NCBI GenBank assembly: GCA_963666425.2
Contig: OY762825.2
Span: forward strand, 2,560,001-2,624,000
Origin: Bacillota bacterium
GTDB taxonomy: Bacteria > Bacillota > JAAYKD01
DNA: 64,000 bases
Direction of reading: 5' to 3'
Positions 9,328-18,156 of the stretch are shown piece after piece. The notes beneath the pieces are model-generated. The model was not told the DNA's origin, searched no databases, and saw nothing but the letters and a program-made list of their open reading frames with translations. A program made the position numbers and the translations under genes. The first letter of the stretch is position 1, and every line of letters begins with the position of its first letter.

Positions 9328-10406
9328 TTTGCTGCCTCCGCCTGTTTTTGTTGGAAGAGAGCGGCAATCGAAGCGGTGAAAGGCGGCCTGGCAATGCCCT
9401 GTTCTGTAATGATGGCCGTGATGTTTTGCTGTTCGGTCAGGTCAAAAGCAGGATTATAGACATCAATCCCCGGTGGTGCCATCCGCTTTTCATACCACAT
9501 TTCCGTCACTTCTTCCGCTGCGCGCTCTTCAATCGTAATCTCTTTACCGTCGGCCGCCATCCGGTCAAAAGTAGAAAGCGGTGCGCAGACATAAAATGGA
9601 ATTTTATAATAACGAGCTAAAATGCTGATGCCGGCGGTGCCGATTTTATTCACCGTGTCGCCATTGGCGGCAATCCGGTCAGCTCCAACCAAAACCGCTT
9701 GAATCCAGCCTTTTTGCATCACAGAGGAGACCATGTTATCACAAATCAAGGTCGGCTGAATGCCGGCCGCCTGCAGCTCATAGGCAGTCAAGCGGGCTCC
9801 CTGTAACAGCGGCCTGGTTTCATCCGCAAAAACGCGGAAACGATAACCCTGCTCCCAACCCAGATAGATCGGGGCAAGAGCGGTACCGTATTTTACGGTA
9901 GCCAACCGTCCTGCATTGCAATGGGTCAGCAGACCGAAACCATTCTGTAAACAAGTTAAGCCATATTCGCCGATGCGGCGGCAGATTTGGATGTCTTCCT
10001 GCTGGATGCATTCGGCTTGCAGCAGCAATTGCTGTTTGAGCTGAGCGAGAGGTTTCCCTTGATGCTGCAGGAGGGTCGCCTCCATTCGATCCAGGGCCCA
10101 GCATAAATTGACTGCCGTGGGCCGCGCCGTGGCGAGATAGGTCTTGGCTGTCTGAAATTCCGCATAAAAATCCGAGAAGTGTTCGGCTTTGCTGGCGGCA
10201 GCAGCCAGATAGAGTCCGTAGGCGGCTGTAATCCCAATGGCAGGCGCGCCACGCACCTGCAGGGAACGGATCGCCTGCCAGACTTCTTGTGCGGTTTTTA
10301 GCCGCAGCAGTAAAAGTTGGTTGGGCAATTTGGTCTGATCGATGGTGATAATCGAGGAACTATCCGCATCCAGATGGACCGTCTCAAATTCTGCTGTCAG
10401 CTGCAT
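9321..10406 (-). CDS. mtnA: Methylthioribose-1-phosphate isomerase
   Basis: IDQTKLP, VRGAPAIG, ARPTAVNL, LTHCNAG, DETRPLLQGARLTA, GADRIAANGD, NKIGT, NPAFD; start placed after AGGAG. Confidence 0.95.
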   Translation of the reverse strand: MQLTAEFETVHLDADSSSIITIDQTKLPNQLLLLRLKTAQEVWQAIRSLQVRGAPAIGITAAYGLYLAAAASKAEHFSDFYAEFQTAKTYLATARPTAVNLCWALDRMEATLLQHQGKPLAQLKQQLLLQAECIQQEDIQICRRIGEYGLTCLQNGFGLLTHCNAGRLATVKYGTALAPIYLGWEQGYRFRVFADETRPLLQGARLTAYELQAAGIQPTLICDNMVSSVMQKGWIQAVLVGADRIAANGDTVNKIGTAGISILARYYKIPFYVCAPLSTFDRMAADGKEITIEERAAEEVTEMWYEKRMAPPGIDVYNPAFDLTEQQNITAIITEQGIARPPFTASIAALFQQKQAEAAKW

Positions 10407-10410
10407 GAGA

Positions 10411-10860
10411 TTAACACTCCTGTTTTTCATTGCCTGCCGTCAGTACTTGCGTAATGATCGGAATCAATGATTTTTGTTGGCGTAATTTGGGTTCCAAAAA
10501 TTTCAGCAGGAAAAAGGAGAGGAAAGCAAGAATAATACAACCAATGCCTGAGATTGCCTGTGATGTTTCAAAAGGCAGCGCTCTGGTCAGCCACGCCAAA
10601 AGCAGATAGCCGGCAAACAAAGAAATCAAAGGAGCGCCATAGGTAAGGAGGGCTGCTTTGGAACCGATTTGACCGCTGAAATTAATCTCGACCCGGTCGC
10701 CCACCTGAGCATCGGTCTGATTCAGTGCCCGAATCTGCATTTCAGCGTTTTCGCTGGTCCCTAAAGAACAGGCGCGGCAGCTTTGGCAGGCCGATTGACG
10801 GACTAAATGGACTTCAGCATAGAGACCGTCCCGTTTTGTAACAATACCGGAGGGAATCAC
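10411..10860 (-). CDS. RseC/MucC-family membrane protein
   Basis: SACQSCRAC, AQVGDRVEI, ALLTYGAPL and two TM helices. Confidence 0.85.
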   Translation of the reverse strand: MIPSGIVTKRDGLYAEVHLVRQSACQSCRACSLGTSENAEMQIRALNQTDAQVGDRVEINFSGQIGSKAALLTYGAPLISLFAGYLLLAWLTRALPFETSQAISGIGCIILAFLSFFLLKFLEPKLRQQKSLIPIITQVLTAGNEKQEC

Positions 10861-11040
10861 AATAAAACTTCCTTTCTATTTGTCAATGGAACCGTCATAG
10901 TCTATTCATAATCTTGTTGAGACCTTGTCATACATGGAAGAAGAAAACATCTATAATTAGAGATTAAGAGAAATTTATTTCTGCCCCCTGACGGCAGCGT
11001 GGTTTCTCTCTATCGAGGAAATGAGAAAGGATGGATAGAT

Positions 11041-11721
11041 ATGTGGTATGATTCAACATTTCTGCTGCTAATCCCTGCCATGCTGATTGCGATGTGGGCA
11101 CAGGCCCGGGTCAGCAGCGCCTTAGGACGTTGGAAAATGGTGCGGTCTGCTTCCGGCTTAAGTGGCGCCCAGACAGCGAGGCGCTTGCTGGATGCGAATG
11201 GCCTGACTGATGTTGCTGTCGAACAGATCAATACCGATATGGGAGATCAATATGATCCGGGTAAAAAAGTGGTCCGGCTTTCGCCGGAAATCTATGGCAG
11301 CTCCAGTGTCGCTGCTTTGAGTGTCGCCGCGCATGAAACGGGTCATGCTCTGCAGCATGCGCAAGGCTACGCGTTTCTTTCTGCGCGCACCGCTGTTTTC
11401 CCTTTGGCCCGTTTTGGTTCCAATGCCGCTTTCCCACTGCTGATCATTGGTTTGCTGTTTAGTTTTGATGCTCTGGTCAGTATCGGGATCGTGCTGTTTG
11501 CTTTTGCCGTGTTGTTTCAGTTAATTACCCTGCCCGTTGAATTCAATGCTTCCAGCCGTGCTAAAATTATGTTAAGAGAACAGGGCTTGGTCGATGCGCA
11601 TGAGCAAAGCGGTGTGGACGAAGTGCTGAATGCCGCTGCTCTGACTTATGTAGCCGCTGCCTTCACCGCCATTATGCAGTTGCTGCGCTTATTGCTGCTT
11701 TCACGCAACAGAAGAAGATAA
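11041..11721 (+). CDS. YugP-like membrane zinc metallopeptidase (Zn_peptidase_2)
   Basis: SGAQTAR, DQYDP, AAHETGHALQH (HExxH), TLPVEFNAS, AALTYVAA. Confidence 0.92.
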   Translation: MWYDSTFLLLIPAMLIAMWAQARVSSALGRWKMVRSASGLSGAQTARRLLDANGLTDVAVEQINTDMGDQYDPGKKVVRLSPEIYGSSSVAALSVAAHETGHALQHAQGYAFLSARTAVFPLARFGSNAAFPLLIIGLLFSFDALVSIGIVLFAFAVLFQLITLPVEFNASSRAKIMLREQGLVDAHEQSGVDEVLNAAALTYVAAAFTAIMQLLRLLLLSRNRRR

Positions 11722-11759
11722 GTCGAAGACTATAGTGAACCGAAGCCAAAAACGAATTG

Positions 11760-11834
11760 AAAAAAGTCCGAAGATGACGCAATGCGGCTGCCCAGTGAAG
11801 GCGCTGCCGCAAGGGATCTCCGGACTTTTTTTTT
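11760..11834. terminator. Long bidirectional terminator hairpin
   Basis: aaaaaagtccg...cggacttttttttt enclosing further pairing. Confidence 0.65.
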
Positions 11835-11858
11835 AGTCTCGGGAAGAAGTTTGTTTTC

Positions 11859-13313
11859 CTATTGCTGGATGACAGTCAGAGAGGTTAAGGTATGATCATC
11901 ACAGACAATATTGCCGCCGGCTTTTTTCACTTCCTGCAGATATTCTAGGATTTCTACATCGATCACTTCTCCCGGCAAGAGGACCGGTACGCCGGGCGGA
12001 TAAACCGTGATGGTTTCCCCACAGATCCGTCCTACTGATTGATTGAAGGGACAGAGCTCATTGTTGGCATACCAAGCTTCTCTGGGAGTCAGCGCAATGT
12101 TCGGCTGCATGGCAGCCCAAGGAGCATCGGTCAGCAGGGGAAGCGGTTCGGCTGTTGTGTCGAGCGAAGCGGCGAAAGAGCGCAGGCAACGCTCAATGCT
12201 TTCAAAATGTTCTTCTTCATCAGCAATCGTCAACATCAACAGAACACCGCCGCTGTCTGCTAACTCCGGTTCCAAACCGTGCAGACGCAGCATATTGGCT
12301 GCCTGGAAACCAGACAAACCATAGAGAGCCGTGCGCAGGTAGAGTTTACTGATATCTTGGCCGGCAGCATTCTGCAGCGGCAATTCATCCAATTCCAGAA
12401 AACGCAAAGGCGTTTCACGATTGAGTCTTTCTTTCATATGCGCCGTCAATTCCAGCATGCGGGTCAATTTTTCCGGTCCATCTGTTGCCATTTGTGCACT
12501 GGCTGCTTCCAGGCTGAGCAGAAGAATATAAGAGGGACTGGTGGTTTGCAAAATGCGCAGAGCAGCCTGAATCCGGGCGGGAGCGATACGGCTGCCTTTC
12601 AGGTGCATCCAAGAGCATTGCGTAAAACCGCTCAGCGTTTTATGCGTGCTTTGAATTACCACGTCAGCACCGCATTCGAGGGCATCTTTGGGCAGCAGGT
12701 TGGAAAAATGAGTGTGCACGCCGTGCGCTTCATCCACCATGACCGGGATGTCATAAGAGTGGATCAAATCGATTTGTTCTTTCAAATAACCGGAAATACC
12801 ATGAAAACTCGGTGAGGTCAGAATCACTAATTTGATATCCGGGTGCATTTCCAGGGCGTGACGCAGATCGTCGACGGTAGGAGGCAGAGCGACGCCGGTC
12901 GTTTTATCCCAAGTTGTGGGCATAAAAACCGGGGTGGCACCGCTGAGAATCAAACCCTGACTGACGGAACGGTGACTGTTGCGCATCAGCAGCACTTTCT
13001 GCCCGGCAGCAGACAAAGCAAAAATGGTGGCCATGATACCGCCGCTGGTGCCGTTGATCAGATAAAAGCTGGTGTCGGCTCCGTAGAGCTTGGCCAATAG
13101 TTCCTGACTTTCTTTCAGTGCGCCAACGGGTTGAGACAAATCATCGGTAAAGGGAAGTTCGGTGTAGTCATAGGCGGCGGCAGCCCCTAAAATGGGTTGC
13201 AGAGCCGGGATGATGCTGCGACCTTGCTTGTGGCCGGGCATGTGCAGTGCAATTCTGCCGGCAGCTTGCTGCCGCTGAATCGCCTGCAAAAAAGGAAGTT
13301 GTATTTCTTCCAT
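11859..13313 (-). CDS. Orn/Lys/Arg decarboxylase (PLP fold type I, YaaO/SpeA-like)
   Basis: HMPGHKQG, NGTSGG, RNSHRS, VDEAHG, QSTHK (PLP Lys), TTSPSY, YPPGVP. Confidence 0.92.
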   Translation of the reverse strand: MEEIQLPFLQAIQRQQAAGRIALHMPGHKQGRSIIPALQPILGAAAAYDYTELPFTDDLSQPVGALKESQELLAKLYGADTSFYLINGTSGGIMATIFALSAAGQKVLLMRNSHRSVSQGLILSGATPVFMPTTWDKTTGVALPPTVDDLRHALEMHPDIKLVILTSPSFHGISGYLKEQIDLIHSYDIPVMVDEAHGVHTHFSNLLPKDALECGADVVIQSTHKTLSGFTQCSWMHLKGSRIAPARIQAALRILQTTSPSYILLLSLEAASAQMATDGPEKLTRMLELTAHMKERLNRETPLRFLELDELPLQNAAGQDISKLYLRTALYGLSGFQAANMLRLHGLEPELADSGGVLLMLTIADEEEHFESIERCLRSFAASLDTTAEPLPLLTDAPWAAMQPNIALTPREAWYANNELCPFNQSVGRICGETITVYPPGVPVLLPGEVIDVEILEYLQEVKKAGGNIVCDDHTLTSLTVIQQ

Positions 13314-13392
13314 CTCGCATTTCTCCTGTCAGCTTATTATAGAAATCGAGCTGCAATTTTTTATGAGAATCATAAAAAGTTGCAGCCCGATA

Positions 13393-13421
13393 ATTATATT
13401 TTATTCAATAGCTGCTGTCAA
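13393..13421 (-). promoter_or_regulatory. Consensus SigA promoter of the decarboxylase gene
   Basis: Minus strand TTGACA-17 bp-TATAAT. Confidence 0.85.
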
Positions 13422-13448
13422 TAGTTTTTCCTAAAAGCCGTAAAACTA

Positions 13449-14297
13449 TCAGATTATTCCTTGGATTTTCATGGCTTTTAGAACATTGCCCATCAGAATC
13501 GCCGTGGTGAGAGAACCAACGCCGCCTGGGACCGGAGTGACTTGCGCAGCGACTTGCATCGCTTCGTCATAGTTGACATCGCCGACCAAATGATCGCCGA
13601 TTTGACTGATTCCGGCGTCGATCACGACAGCACCGGGTTTAATCATATCACCGCGAATCAAATTGGGTTTCCCGGTGGCGGCGATCAGGATATCTGCCTG
13701 TAGGGTGATGAATTTGACGTCTTTGGTTTTGGAACGGCAGACGGTCAAGGTGGGCAATTCTCTTAAAAGCAGAGGAACCAATGGTTTGCCGACGGTGGCA
13801 CCGTAACCGACCATGACGATATGCGGCTGCAGCAAATCAACACCGCACTGATGGATAATTTCCAGAACCGACTGCGGCGTGGCGGGAAAGAGCCAATCCT
13901 GTCCGCTGAGCAGGTAACCCATGGAAACCGGGGAAGCACCATCTACATCTTTTTCTGGTTTGATCCAGGTGACGGCTTCTTTGGCGTTCATGCCTTTGGG
14001 TAAAGGCAGCTCCAGCATGATGCCGTGTACGGCAGGGTCCTGGTTCAAACTCTCAATCAATTCCTGCAGGGCAGCCATACTGGTATTGGCCGGCAGGATA
14101 TAATCGGCGAACTCAATGCCGGCTTTGATGCAGGCGTTCTTTTTGGAGCGTAAATAAGCTGCAGATGCTTCGTCGTCACCGACTAAAATAACGGCCAATT
14201 TCGGTTGGATTTTGCGTTCTTTTAAAGCAGTGATCTGCACTGTCAATTCTTTACGCATTTTGGAGGCGATGGCTTTGCCATCTATCATTGTTCCCAT
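13449..14297 (-). CDS. folD: Methylene-THF dehydrogenase/cyclohydrolase
   Basis: IDGKAIA, LAVILVGDD, KDVDG, PATP, VGDV, TPVPGGVG. Confidence 0.93.
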   Translation of the reverse strand: MGTMIDGKAIASKMRKELTVQITALKERKIQPKLAVILVGDDEASAAYLRSKKNACIKAGIEFADYILPANTSMAALQELIESLNQDPAVHGIMLELPLPKGMNAKEAVTWIKPEKDVDGASPVSMGYLLSGQDWLFPATPQSVLEIIHQCGVDLLQPHIVMVGYGATVGKPLVPLLLRELPTLTVCRSKTKDVKFITLQADILIAATGKPNLIRGDMIKPGAVVIDAGISQIGDHLVGDVNYDEAMQVAAQVTPVPGGVGSLTTAILMGNVLKAMKIQGII

Positions 14298-14330
14298 GAG
14301 AGGTCTTCCTTTCTGTCCGGTGATAATAAA

Positions 14331-16352
14331 TTAGAATAGCTTCCAGGCAATCAGGTTCATTGCAGCCAAGACATCAAAATAGCGGCTGGCGGCTTTGCTG
14401 CAATCAAACCCTGTTTCCAAACGGGTCAAACGACAAATCTCAGCAACGGATCGGGTTCCATCGGTCCAATACAGCAGTTGTGTGCTGCTGCGCTGCAGCA
14501 AAGGTTCTTCTGCCAGTAATTGACGATAGCGTACTTGTACTTCTGCCGGTTGTTTCTCAACCATTCCCCGGGCATTGAAAGGTCCGCGGAAGAGACGTAC
14601 CGGCACAGCGTCGGATTTTTCATCGCTGTTCGCTGCCTGCTTTTCATCTGTCAAGTGGATTCCCAAAGCTATTTGCTGCTCTTTCAACACGGCATCGGTA
14701 TAATCCTGCATCAGTTTGCTTTGGCGTTTGCAAGAGCGCAGAAACGCTTGCTTGCTCTTGCCGATAAACCGCTGGAAATCTGCCATTTCTGCTTGCTTCA
14801 ATTCGCATTGATAGCGGACCTGGGCAGCTGTGTCCTGATAAAGTGCTGACTTTTCGGCTGTATTTTGCTGCAGACTAGCAGCCAGATCCAATTTCAGCAG
14901 CTGATCGATATGATGGATATAACTGGCTCGGCTGAGCGCCAAAATCCAATCGGCATCCTGTTCGGTAAGATTCGCCAACAAATAAGCGTAGGTCCCGCTC
15001 ATACAGCCAACACGGTAGAGCATCTTCGGATCGACTTTATCTAAGGTATCGGCGCTGGTATGATAGAATTTATCCGGCCATTGGATCAGCATCGGAGAGG
15101 GAATACCAACCGTTGGATCTGAGAGAACATAATGGTCGCTGCCACCGGAGAAGGGAGTCACCGCATATTTGAAAAGCGCATAGCTGGTGCCGCCGGAAAG
15201 GTTTTTGGCTTCCTCTGTGACTGCCTCCAGCACATTGGCCATCAGATCACCGACAAATGATTTTGCTGCCTGCGGCGGATATTCCACCACCAGGGGTCCC
15301 TGGCAGAGTTCCTGCTTTTCACCGACCATGTCCAGATTTAAGCCCGCTAAAATCCTGGGGATGCGTTCTTCGTTTTGCGCCAGGTAGGCGAAGGTGCCGG
15401 TCATTTCCGGGACCAGCAAAAAGCGAATGCCGCGTTTGGGTTTCTTGAGTTTGCCGCTGTCAATCAATGTCTGCAGGGTGCGGGCTGTTTCCAGTAGGAC
15501 ACCTACACCGGAAGCATTGTCGTTGGCCGAAGCCTGTGGATGGCAAAGGTGAGCAGTCAGGATGATTTCTTCCCGGCTGCTGCCCGGAATGAACGCGCTG
15601 ACATTTTCGATCGCACCCGGATAGAGTTTCGCATCGACACAGGCTTTGGCGCTGAGATAAGGAGAGGAGGCGCTGCCGGCCAGGTAAGCAGCTTTTTGTT
15701 TCTGGCAAAGTTTTTTCAGTAAATCGCCTTGCTTGGGTGAAAGCGCAAAACCAAAGCATTGTTTTTCATGGCCGGTCCACCAAAAAGAGGTATAAAGGAT
15801 GGCGTCCGGAATATCAAAACGATGGCGGACGATGGGGAATTCCACCATGCGTTCACTGATCAGCCCAAGCGCACCGCGTTTTTCAACAGCCCAAGCGCGG
15901 ATTTTATTCCAATCGCCGTCGGAAAAAACGAGCGCGCCGTGAAAATCGATCTCGGGGTAAAGTGCTTCGTCATCCCCCTTTTCCAGCCAAATAATCGGAG
16001 CGACCAAGCCTGCAGCCGGTGTTCGGATGCTGCGCTGGATGACAGACATTTTTTCAGCTGAAAAATCGCAGAGACGGATCGGTGATTCTCCTAAAAGATC
16101 AAGCGTTGCTGAGCGGCATTCCCATTCTTCAAACATGCACTGCGTCCAATAAGTTGTTTCGAAATTAGAGGGATAGGAGAGAATCTCGGCTTTGACGCCA
16201 GCCGAACGGAATGCTTCCAAGCAGTAATGTGCCGCGGCGCGATAGCCCGGACTTGCCTGAATCCGATGATGTTGACTAACCTCTGCCACATGATGAAAAG
16301 ATTTTTGGCCGGAAAACTCATTTTGAATCAAAGGTAAGATCGAACGGATCAT
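14331..16352 (-). CDS. DUF4910/M28-family aminopeptidase-like protein with C-terminal HTH-like region
   Basis: HHRIQASPG, AHLCHP, ANDNASG, VPEMTG, NLDMVG, GSDH, YHTSAD. Confidence 0.82.
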   Translation of the reverse strand: MIRSILPLIQNEFSGQKSFHHVAEVSQHHRIQASPGYRAAAHYCLEAFRSAGVKAEILSYPSNFETTYWTQCMFEEWECRSATLDLLGESPIRLCDFSAEKMSVIQRSIRTPAAGLVAPIIWLEKGDDEALYPEIDFHGALVFSDGDWNKIRAWAVEKRGALGLISERMVEFPIVRHRFDIPDAILYTSFWWTGHEKQCFGFALSPKQGDLLKKLCQKQKAAYLAGSASSPYLSAKACVDAKLYPGAIENVSAFIPGSSREEIILTAHLCHPQASANDNASGVGVLLETARTLQTLIDSGKLKKPKRGIRFLLVPEMTGTFAYLAQNEERIPRILAGLNLDMVGEKQELCQGPLVVEYPPQAAKSFVGDLMANVLEAVTEEAKNLSGGTSYALFKYAVTPFSGGSDHYVLSDPTVGIPSPMLIQWPDKFYHTSADTLDKVDPKMLYRVGCMSGTYAYLLANLTEQDADWILALSRASYIHHIDQLLKLDLAASLQQNTAEKSALYQDTAAQVRYQCELKQAEMADFQRFIGKSKQAFLRSCKRQSKLMQDYTDAVLKEQQIALGIHLTDEKQAANSDEKSDAVPVRLFRGPFNARGMVEKQPAEVQVRYRQLLAEEPLLQRSSTQLLYWTDGTRSVAEICRLTRLETGFDCSKAASRYFDVLAAMNLIAWKLF

Positions 16353-16700
16353 ATTGTCACCCCTTCTTGTTTATTTGCTGTTAAATTCTGTTTGATGCGT
16401 CTAGATTCCTTGTTGCCTGCAGGAAAAAGGTTGCCTAAGGTCAGCGGGGGCAAAATGAAGACTGCTGGTGGCAATTGGCTGATACTCCTCGAAAAGCATA
16501 TCTTACCGGATCCAGAGAGGGAGAGAAATTTCTGAAAGCGGGTAATGATCTGCTGAATCAAGCCAAGAATTGACTCACAAGCAGGGGCCGGTCGTAACCA
16601 GAGTTTTCTATCTATTTTATTGTTCCTGCGAGTTGAAAAGCTGGCGAAGTAAAGCTCTTTTCGTCGGGAACTGTATCATTGACCAAATCGGCAATGTAAG

Positions 16701-16728
16701 GCAGGATTTCGTTTGGATATTACGGAAT
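16701..16728 (+). promoter_or_regulatory. SigH-like promoter upstream of M20/fhs
   Basis: GCAGGATTT-N12-ACGGAAT resembles AGGA...GAAT consensus; a TATAAT also lies at 16738-16743. Confidence 0.45.
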
Positions 16729-16813
16729 TATGTCGAGTATAATCTAAATGGTGTCATATGCACTGGGTGAAATGAAACCTTGAAGGAAATCTTGGGTGCA
16801 TAGGACAGAAAGG

Positions 16814-17974
16814 ATGAAAACGGTGAAGACGATCGACGAATCAGCACTTTTACAGTATATGAATGAGCATGAACAGGAGATTATTACCGAGCTGTCCAGT
16901 CTGGTTGTCATGAATTCCTATACCTATGCACCGGAAGAGGTCAATCGGTTTGGTAATTGGTTGTGCCTGCAATTCCAGCAAATGGGATGTCACACCGAAA
17001 TTCTTCCATCCTGCAATTCGAATTATGGCAATCACATCAAAGTGACCTTCGGTCATGCTGAGGATCAGATTTTGATCTTAGCGCATATGGATACCGTCTT
17101 TCCGAAGGAAGAGACCAAAGCCGGGTCTCTGCATATAGAAAAAGGCCGAGCATACGGTCCCGGCGTGTTTGATATGAAAGGCGGCATTTTACAGCTGCTC
17201 TGGGCGGTACGGTTGATTCGGCAGAATGGGTTGGAGCCGAAATACCAGGTCTGTATGATCATCAGCAGCGATGCGGAAGCCGGTGGGACAACCGCTCGAA
17301 AATATGTCGAAACGGAAGCAATGCACAGCAAAGCGGTGTATGTCTTGGAATCGGCGGTAGGAGAAACCGGGGAGCTGAAAAAAGAGCAGCATGGTACAGG
17401 CCGTTATAAGATGACGATAACCGGTACCGGCGGACATCCCGGCCGTTATCTGCCGACTACTTCCGCTATCCAGGAACTGACCTTTCAGATTCAACGTCTG
17501 CACAGTCTCTCGCATCCCGAGGATGATGTGATTGTCAATGTCGGCCAAATTTGGGGCGGCAATACAGTCAATACCATTTCAGCCAATGCCACTGCTTTGA
17601 TCGAATTGCGATTTCTCGATGCAGAAGAAGGGAAACATACCGAGGAGATCATCTTACGCAGTCAGCCTTTTACCAATTGTCGGGTAGAAGTGAACGGCGG
17701 CATCATTCGGCCTTCTTTAAGGCGCAATGCGGATACGCAAAGGCTGATGTGCATGGTCAAACGTTTGGGTGCTGTGATTGGTCTGCATTTTAAAGACGGA
17801 GCAATCGGCGAAGCCAGTGATGGTAATTATGCTGCAGCGCTTGGCGTACCTACGCTGGATGGTTTGGGACCGGTTGGCGGCGGTGCGCACAGCGGCGACG
17901 AGTTTATTGAGATCCGGTCAATTGCGGAGCGGACCGTATTACTAATTTCTATACTCTGCAAGGGAGAAGTATAG
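16814..17974 (+). CDS. M20 metallopeptidase, carboxypeptidase G2-like, with atypical active site
   Basis: AHMDTV, YGPGVFDMKGG, LES, ASDGN, LDGLGPVGGGAHSGDE; canonical DEE motif reads DAE. Confidence 0.85.
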   Translation: MKTVKTIDESALLQYMNEHEQEIITELSSLVVMNSYTYAPEEVNRFGNWLCLQFQQMGCHTEILPSCNSNYGNHIKVTFGHAEDQILILAHMDTVFPKEETKAGSLHIEKGRAYGPGVFDMKGGILQLLWAVRLIRQNGLEPKYQVCMIISSDAEAGGTTARKYVETEAMHSKAVYVLESAVGETGELKKEQHGTGRYKMTITGTGGHPGRYLPTTSAIQELTFQIQRLHSLSHPEDDVIVNVGQIWGGNTVNTISANATALIELRFLDAEEGKHTEEIILRSQPFTNCRVEVNGGIIRPSLRRNADTQRLMCMVKRLGAVIGLHFKDGAIGEASDGNYAAALGVPTLDGLGPVGGGAHSGDEFIEIRSIAERTVLLISILCKGEV

Positions 17975-18156
17975 CTTTTTTTAGACGATACTGTATTGAT
18001 CATTCTTTTTTTGTCTTTTCCTATTTTTCTACAGAATCTTTTAATGATTTCGACAAACTCAGCAATCAGGCGAGAAAGGGGAAGAGGATGCTTCTCTCGA
18101 ATTGATAGACGTTTGCGGCATATCGCCGTGTAAAAGTTGAAGGAGGAGTTTTTAAC

